A stretch of 63,116 nt of DNA, filler included. It is 15 parts of 15 records of this genome, joined end to end, with 100 filler letters (N's around TTAATTAATTAA, not from the genome) between each part and the next. Parts side by side here need not be neighbours in the genome. Positions count along the whole stretch, not along the records: positions 54,901 to 59,993 come from SRR15195285_8183; positions 60,094 to 63,116 come from SRR15195285_8208; 13 more parts are not named here. One strand, given 5' to 3'. The position numbers were made by a program, and so were the translations under genes. Below are positions 57,148-63,116 of this stretch, one piece after another. The notes below the pieces were generated by a model. The model searched no databases and was not told where the DNA came from. It worked only from the letters and a program-made list of their open reading frames with translations. Position 1 is the stretch's first letter. Every line of letters starts with the position of its first letter.

Positions 57148-59012
57148 CTAAGTTCCGGAACGCGGACCTTGTGTAGCTGCAGCGGCGACAGGCCTGAATT
57201 CTTCGGCTTGTCGCGCCTCCAGTTGCCGCAGTCGTTCTCCCTATTGACAGCATGCACACGTTTAAATTCGCGGCGATTAAAGGCTACCGACATCGGAAAG
57301 ACGCGCACACGTCGCACCTTGATCGGGAAGCCCTTGATGAGAAAGTAGCACATTGTGCTGAAGGCCGGTGACACGACGATGTACATAGCACGAATGTACA
57401 AAATCGCCGAGGGCGGTTGCCTGTCGATCGAGACACCGCCGTCGACCCGCGCCGAGGAGTTGGCATGGCACTCTTCAAAATGGGCGTACGGGGAACCTTC
57501 ATCACATTCCTGCAGAAGCGTTGTATCCATTCCCGCAAGCGCCATGCCGGCCAGCATTGCGGTCCCAGCGATTCCTGCGACTTTACTCGCGGCCGTGGCC
57601 ACGCTAGAAAAGAGCGCCTCTCGACGAAGGACTCTGCCTTTGTCGAAGTTCGCAAAGGCATCTTCGTCGACGATCCAACCGCGAACGGTTATACTCCAAA
57701 AAGATAGCGGCGAGACGAGCACGCAGTGTACACACCACGCCGCGAAAATCCCGCCAAGGCTCGTGGAGAAGATGAAAAACCAGGGCAGTACAGCCGCGTC
57801 GATAAGCCGTCCCCAGGCACTGCAGGTCGCGGGATCAGCTTTCCCGATTGAGAAGAGCTTTCCCCAGAGAGTGCCACACACAGCCTGCAGGAATAGACCG
57901 AAGATGGGGACGACCACGATATTCGTCGCCACGTCCGCAGGGCTGAGGCGGGCCACAAACGTGTAATAGTATACGAGGAATCCCGCCAACACCCCGCTTC
58001 CTATGCCATTGGTGAAGTTGACCAAGCACAGGATGCGAAAGCTGTCATTTGCAAGGGCCTCTTTTGCTGACGCTTTAAACCCAAGATTTTCCTCGCCCCG
58101 GCTCTCTTGTCTTGCGTCACGGAGCGCAGGGGCAGAGAACAACGACACCATGCACGAGAGCAACGCGGCAACCCCTAGCTCATGCCGCACACCCGAGGCA
58201 GCAACGAGGTCTTCCTCTTTGTACATTGAGTTGAGAAAGACACATGCAAAGGCGATCCCGACCACCGCGTGGATTAGATTGAAGCTCTCGAGTTGAGCCC
58301 GCTCGTCTTTGAAAGGGTAACATTCCGCGCTTGCCGCCTGGTTGCAGATCCACAGCTGCTCGCCGCAGAAAAGAGCGATCAGCACCACGAAAAAATACCA
58401 CCAGGTCAGAAATCCTGGGCTCATGAGCAGCGGATTCAGCACAAAGTAGTCTACACACAGCCAGGCACGTCGCAGGAGTGAGCCATTGCAGGACAGTGGC
58501 TCGCGCGTCAGGCAAATAGACAGAGTCCATGCGGGCGCACTCATGACAGCCATGACCGGAGTCGCCAACACTACCCATGGGGCGCGGCGTCCCCATCTCT
58601 CCTTGTTGAACAGTCTGAAGACAAACCACTCGTTGTCTTGCATGTGACCGATAGCCACATCTACGCAGATGCCGAGCGTGTTGTGTACGCTCTGGATTGT
58701 GCCCATGGTGCCGATACCGATGTGGAACTTGATCGCGTACACATCGCGCAAGGCGCTCATGGTGATGTTGGAGCTGAAGAAGCCGACCATAATCGAGCCA
58801 AAAGTGAATTTGTGCCACAGCCCAAACCCCGAGCCCTGGGTACGTGCCACGCCACCAGGCGCTGCGGGGTCAACCTCGTCAGCTGCTGGTAGGGCGCCTC
58901 CATCATATTCGGGCACGACGATCTCGCCACCCGGCGTCGTCTTTACCGTCGCTGCGCCGCCTATGCCAGCTGGTCCATCCGCGGCAACGCTCACCTCGTC
59001 GTACATCGACAT
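57148..59012 (-). CDS. MFS_2/GPH family sugar:cation symporter; introns 58540-58451 and ~57317-57241
   Basis: IGHMQD...WGRRAPW, YPFKDERA.L, RREALF, FPIK|GERL. Confidence 0.85.
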
Positions 59013-59378
59013 GGCCAGCGCGCGCTGCGGGGACAGCCGTCCACAGCTGTAGCGTTCTACTAGTATGGTACTGCTAGCAACGAGCCACGCTGAGCCTGCA
59101 GTAGCAGTGCCATGCTTGCTGGCTCATTCCAAACCCGCGCCGGCTGCCCAACGCGCGGGAGGGTCATCGGCCAGTGCGTGTGCCAACGCACGCGCGCCGC
59201 GGAGGGAGCGCGCCCGCCAGCAAGTAAGGAGCGCGGTCCGCGCGCGCGGCGCGGAGCATTCGCATTCAGGGTGCTCGCTATATTGTATATAGTGTACGCT
59301 GTACCAGTATCGGGGATAATGTTGATCAATACTAGTATGAGACTACCCAAAAGGTACATGAATTCATGTACCGCTCCA

Positions 59379-59909
59379 TCTAGTGCCTATTGCATGTCAG
59401 GACGGCCTCGGCCGTCATTTGACGGCCGAGGCCGTCCTTTTTCACTGCCCACCGCGGGGACTCCGCGCACCCTCTCAGTATTGAATTTCCCTACCAATTT
59501 GGTTCAGGGCCCTCGAGGACATCACCCGGCAGCTCTCTACCAGCTGGGGTGCGTCACAGGCAATTACTGTGTCTCTGGCCAGCGCTGCCGTGACAGGGTT
59601 CGGCGAGGGACGACGCTCAGACGCTGATTTTACCTGTTTTTACTCACTATCTCCGCATCAATCAGCGAATATAATCACCATTTTGGTCAAAAACACGGTA
59701 AGACAGAAATGACTCAGATCGCTCTGCCTCACTCGAAAGACATATAGGGACCTAGTTGCAAATTACTGTGTTTTTGTTCAAAATGGTGATCAATTTGCAG
59801 CGAAAAAATTATGACGGCCGAGGCCGTCATGCGAAAAAATGACTGTGAAAATGACTGTAAAAACGGGACGGCCTCGGCCGTCATGGCCATAGTAGGTATA
59901 GGCACTAGA
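59379..59909. mobile_element. MITE-like non-coding element (~530 bp)
   Basis: 12-bp terminal IR TCTAGTGCCTAT/ATAGGCACTAGA, four subterminal GACGGCC(TC/GA)GGCCGTC boxes, AT-richer interior. Confidence 0.7.
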
Positions 59910-60230
59910 CCTAAAAGCGTGATCTACATTGATTCCGGGCATAAGGCCTTATGCCCTGTGTCAAGCTGAATGATTCTGTATTGAATTTCCTATNNNNNNN
60001 NNNNNNNNNNNNNNNNNNNNNNNNNNNNNNNNNNNNNTTAATTAATTAANNNNNNNNNNNNNNNNNNNNNNNNNNNNNNNNNNNNNNNNNNNNCGGCCCA
60101 AACCGCCGATCTCAGAACGAGCGAGTAGGGCTCATTCTGACCGCCGCCGCCGGCGGCGTACTGCTACTGGTCAGGACCCCTCCATGGCCCACCCTGGGTA
60201 GAGGCCCCCCTGCCCCCCCTGCCCCTCCGT

Positions 60231-63116
60231 ATGGGCGGCGGGGCATCGCGCGCCTCGGCGTACGCCGTCGTGGACGCCGAGGCGCCCGAGTCGATGGGGA
60301 AGCTGGCAGGGTTTGACAGTGGAGAGAAGCAGGGGGCGGTCAACGGCGCGGCGCAGCGCGATGATGATGATGATGATGTGCAGCAGCCGCAGCCTGCGGG
60401 AGCGGCAGACGTCAGAGGTCAGCCGGTGGGGGACACGGGCGGACCGTCACCGGCGGCGAGCGCGCCGTCGACGCCGCCGGGGAAGTCGGCGGCGGCGGGG
60501 GAGGGGGAACCCAAGCATCGGCACTGCTTGGGGACGCTGCTGGCCGGTGAGCTGCATATGCTGACGGCGACGATGCGGCAGCAGGAGCTGGCGCTGCTGC
60601 AGCTCAGCCGGCGCGAGAGTGTGCATATGGAGGCGAGGCGCACGTTCAGCCGCTCTCTGGGCGCCGTGGGCGCGCTGCAGTCCCTGTGGCCCGACACGGT
60701 GCCGGTGGCTGTGCACGCGGCGTGCCGGTTCGATGTGGCGGAGCTGCAGCTCGGCCTGGCAGTGGAGGAGTCGGCGGCCGCGGTGGCACTATCGCGCGGT
60801 GCGTCGTTGCGGTACGGCGCTCTGCGGAGGCGTCGGGTGGCGATCGCGGAGGCGGGGCGCTTGCTGGCCGAGCTGGAGCAAGCTGCCGCGCACGACTCTG
60901 TGCGGAAGCTCGTGCAGAACGCGGACGCGAAGACGCTATTCCAGCGCCGGGTTCGTGCCGAGTCAGCCGAGGCAACCCGGGTGAGGGCCGAGGTTCAGGA
61001 CGCAGCGCGCGCGAGGCGCGAGACAAAGCTGCTGCTGCAGCAGGCGAGCGGTGCGGCCGAATTCGGGGCGGTGCCGGAAAATTGGCCCATACTCGACGAC
61101 GACCAGGTTGAGGCATGTCGGGCGGCTGCGGAAGAACAGCGGGCGAAGCTTGCAGATCTGAACGCGACGTGGGCGCTGCCAATCAAATCGGCGAAGCAGA
61201 TGGACGCGACAGCCCGAGAGAAGCAGCGGGTGCTCGATTCTTTCGCCAGTATCCGCATCACGCCGGCGGAGATTGCCGAGGTACGGTTGCAGCTTGCGGC
61301 TGATAAGCTTTGGGTAGAGGACGAGCTCGCGGCCCTTGGCCCCGACCGCGAATGCGCGGCAGCGGAGTCCGCGAAGCACCAGCAAAGTATCGGCGCTATG
61401 CGGTTTTTGCGTCTGTTGCGACAGGGCAGGAACATGGATGGTGCATGGCTGCGCAAGCACGTGCTTCCATCGGATGTGACTACTGATGACATCCATGCCA
61501 TCGCACACGCCCGGAACATTGTCGGGCAGCTGAAAAGCAGCGAGCTTGGGAACGTGAAGAGCATCAAGAAGCCCTCCGATGACGTGCTTGCCGTAGTGCA
61601 GACAGTGTGTGTTGTGCTCGGAGAGCAAGTCAAAACATGGGATGGCGCCAAGAAGATACTAGGCAGCAGCAGTTTGCAAGATCAAATGCTCGGCAAGCTT
61701 GAGGAAATGGCTGATGCAACCACGCCTGGAGTGCCGCTCGACGCGGAAGCTCGGGAGGATGTCCTCCAGCATATGCAGGATGTCAACGCAGACACCATTC
61801 GGGAGGTGTCAGAGAGTGTGGCTGCGCTCTATGCGTTCGCCAGAGCTGCAGAGACCTACTCGCGCGCTGAGAATCGCTGTGAAGATATCCGGGACATCGA
61901 GAAGCTGGAGGTTGACACTGGCCTGGCGGAGAAAAGAGAGGCGCTGTCTGACCTGATCGGTCGGTTGCCTCGAGGAGAGGGCGCAAAGCAGCTGCGTCAC
62001 ATTGCCAAGCGGGAATTCTTGCGAGCGAAAGGTGCTTATATCGTGCTGGGTGAGGCGCGGTATCATAGCTTTGCGAGAGCGGTGGCGGTGATGCGGACCC
62101 ACGAAGAAAACGCACGACGCGCTGTAGCGGCTGGCGAGGAGCGCGCGGAGGAGTTGTCGTTTACGCGACTTGATCGCGCGAACAGACGGTACATATGGGC
62201 GCAGGCCGCCAAGGAGATCTTTGACCAGGCTGGGGACACTGGGCTGATCGGCGAAAAGGTGCAGGAGGAGGCAATTAGTGCGGAGAGGACACTAGGAGAT
62301 CTTGCACCACGTGCTGCCGAGAAGAAGCGAGTGCGGGAGAGCCTGCTGATCTCTCGCGGAACCTTGGCAGCCGCTAGACAGTGCCTAGCGGCTGCGGCAC
62401 ACTGCGAGCAGGTCGACGAACTAGGAGAGGAAGAGCGGGAGCGCAAAAAAGCCGAGTGGCTCACTGAGTTGAAGCGTCTACATGTCCGAGAGCGCCGGGC
62501 GATGTGGGCGGCAGAGGACATTCTGATTGCATGCGATGGTGCAGTAGATGAGCTGAGGGACATCAATGAGTCGATGGAGGAGACGCAGGGCTCACTGGCT
62601 GCTGTCCAGGAATTTTGGATTTACGGCCTTGAAATTGCGTCGAAGGCGGAAGAACAGCGGTTGTTGAACATTGCTAATGAGCTCAAGGCGGAGGCTGAAC
62701 AGCTAGAGGCGGAAGCGGAGCGGCTGCACAAGAAGTGGAAAGGTAGAGAGGCGGCCTTCGCAAGGCTTTGCAATGGCACTTGCACTTGCAACCTGCTCAC
62801 AGATCGTGTGAAAGGTAGATACACCCGGGTCGTCATCAAAATCGAAGCCAGCCTTGAGGGCACACAGCTGTCAATCTTCCGCCTTCGCGACGGGCGGCCG
62901 GACCCGCGGCCGTACTCCCAGGCTGTACTCGACGGCTGTGAAACCTATGTACCAGAGCCAAGTCCAGCGTTTGATCCACCCAAAGCGGAATTCACACGCG
63001 AGTTGGGAATGGGGAAAATGAAGCAGAAGGCGGCCAAATACCGAAAGACTAGCAACGCAAAGGGTAAGGACAAGAGCGGCAAAGGCAAGGGCAAGAAGGG
63101 CAAGAAGGGCAAGAAG
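60231..63116 (+). CDS. Large coiled-coil protein with N-myristoylation motif and dynein-stalk microtubule-binding-like domain; 3' truncated (absent from the ORF track because no stop is reached)
   Basis: Frame appears open from MGGGASRAS to the GKKGKK-rich end; LKSSELGNVKSIKKPSDDVLAVVQTVCVVLGEQVKTWDGAKKIL at ~61530. Confidence 0.75.
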   Translation, partial: MGGGASRASAYAVVDAEAPESMGKLAGFDSGEKQGAVNGAAQRDDDDDDVQQPQPAGAADVRGQPVGDTGGPSPAASAPSTPPGKSAAAGEGEPKHRHCLGTLLAGELHMLTATMRQQELALLQLSRRESVHMEARRTFSRSLGAVGALQSLWPDTVPVAVHAACRFDVAELQLGLAVEESAAAVALSRGASLRYGALRRRRVAIAEAGRLLAELEQAAAHDSVRKLVQNADAKTLFQRRVRAESAEATRVRAEVQDAARARRETKLLLQQASGAAEFGAVPENWPILDDDQVEACRAAAEEQRAKLADLNATWALPIKSAKQMDATAREKQRVLDSFASIRITPAEIAEVRLQLAADKLWVEDELAALGPDRECAAAESAKHQQSIGAMRFLRLLRQGRNMDGAWLRKHVLPSDVTTDDIHAIAHARNIVGQLKSSELGNVKSIKKPSDDVLAVVQTVCVVLGEQVKTWDGAKKILGSSSLQDQMLGKLEEMADATTPGVPLDAEAREDVLQHMQDVNADTIREVSESVAALYAFARAAETYSRAENRCEDIRDIEKLEVDTGLAEKREALSDLIGRLPRGEGAKQLRHIAKREFLRAKGAYIVLGEARYHSFARAVAVMRTHEENARRAVAAGEERAEELSFTRLDRANRRYIWAQAAKEIFDQAGDTGLIGEKVQEEAISAERTLGDLAPRAAEKKRVRESLLISRGTLAAARQCLAAAAHCEQVDELGEEERERKKAEWLTELKRLHVRERRAMWAAEDILIACDGAVDELRDINESMEETQGSLAAVQEFWIYGLEIASKAEEQRLLNIANELKAEAEQLEAEAERLHKKWKGREAAFARLCNGTCTCNLLTDRVKGRYTRVVIKIEASLEGTQLSIFRLRDGRPDPRPYSQAVLDGCETYVPEPSPAFDPPKAEFTRELGMGKMKQKAAKYRKTSNAKGKDKSGKGKGKKGKKGKK

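Noticed and set aside
1..63116. Apparent clustering of CAZymes and PhyH genes as a catabolic island
   Set aside because: Most lie on separate concatenated contigs, so adjacency is artificial; only the two PhyH genes at 39610-42490 are truly linked

Overview
This is not one locus. It is 15 short contigs (about 3-6 kb each) joined by 14 artificial 100-nt spacers (44 N + TTAATTAATTAA + 44 N), so gene neighbourhood only means something within a contig. The DNA is GC-rich, gene-dense and eukaryotic, with short GT-AG spliceosomal introns. It looks like a protist single-cell or metagenomic assembly. The EPEPEP tracts and GT(A/G)CG donors remind me of Picozoa-type picoeukaryote assemblies, but that is an impression, not a determination. 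Recognisable genes include TM9SF, RBM42, EMC2, a NEK kinase, a TCP11-family protein, a Cir_N splicing factor, a PKD2-like channel, an MFS/GPH transporter, an LrgB/PLGG1-like transporter, an SDR, three PhyH dioxygenases, a serine hydrolase, NADAR and several CAZymes (GH2, GH27-ricin, a GH3 fragment, GH5-like, GH36-like). No rRNA, tRNA, CRISPR array or transposase was seen. The best leads are a secreted His-brace LPMO candidate, a possible RLx5C[IV] variant of the PTS2 signal, and a dynein-type microtubule-binding domain in a myristoylated non-motor protein. Others are a 37-bp inverted repeat at both ends of one contig, a NADAR with nuclear and E2F hallmarks, an F-box-like/E2 fusion and a MITE-like element. 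All calls come from reading motifs by eye; no searches were run.
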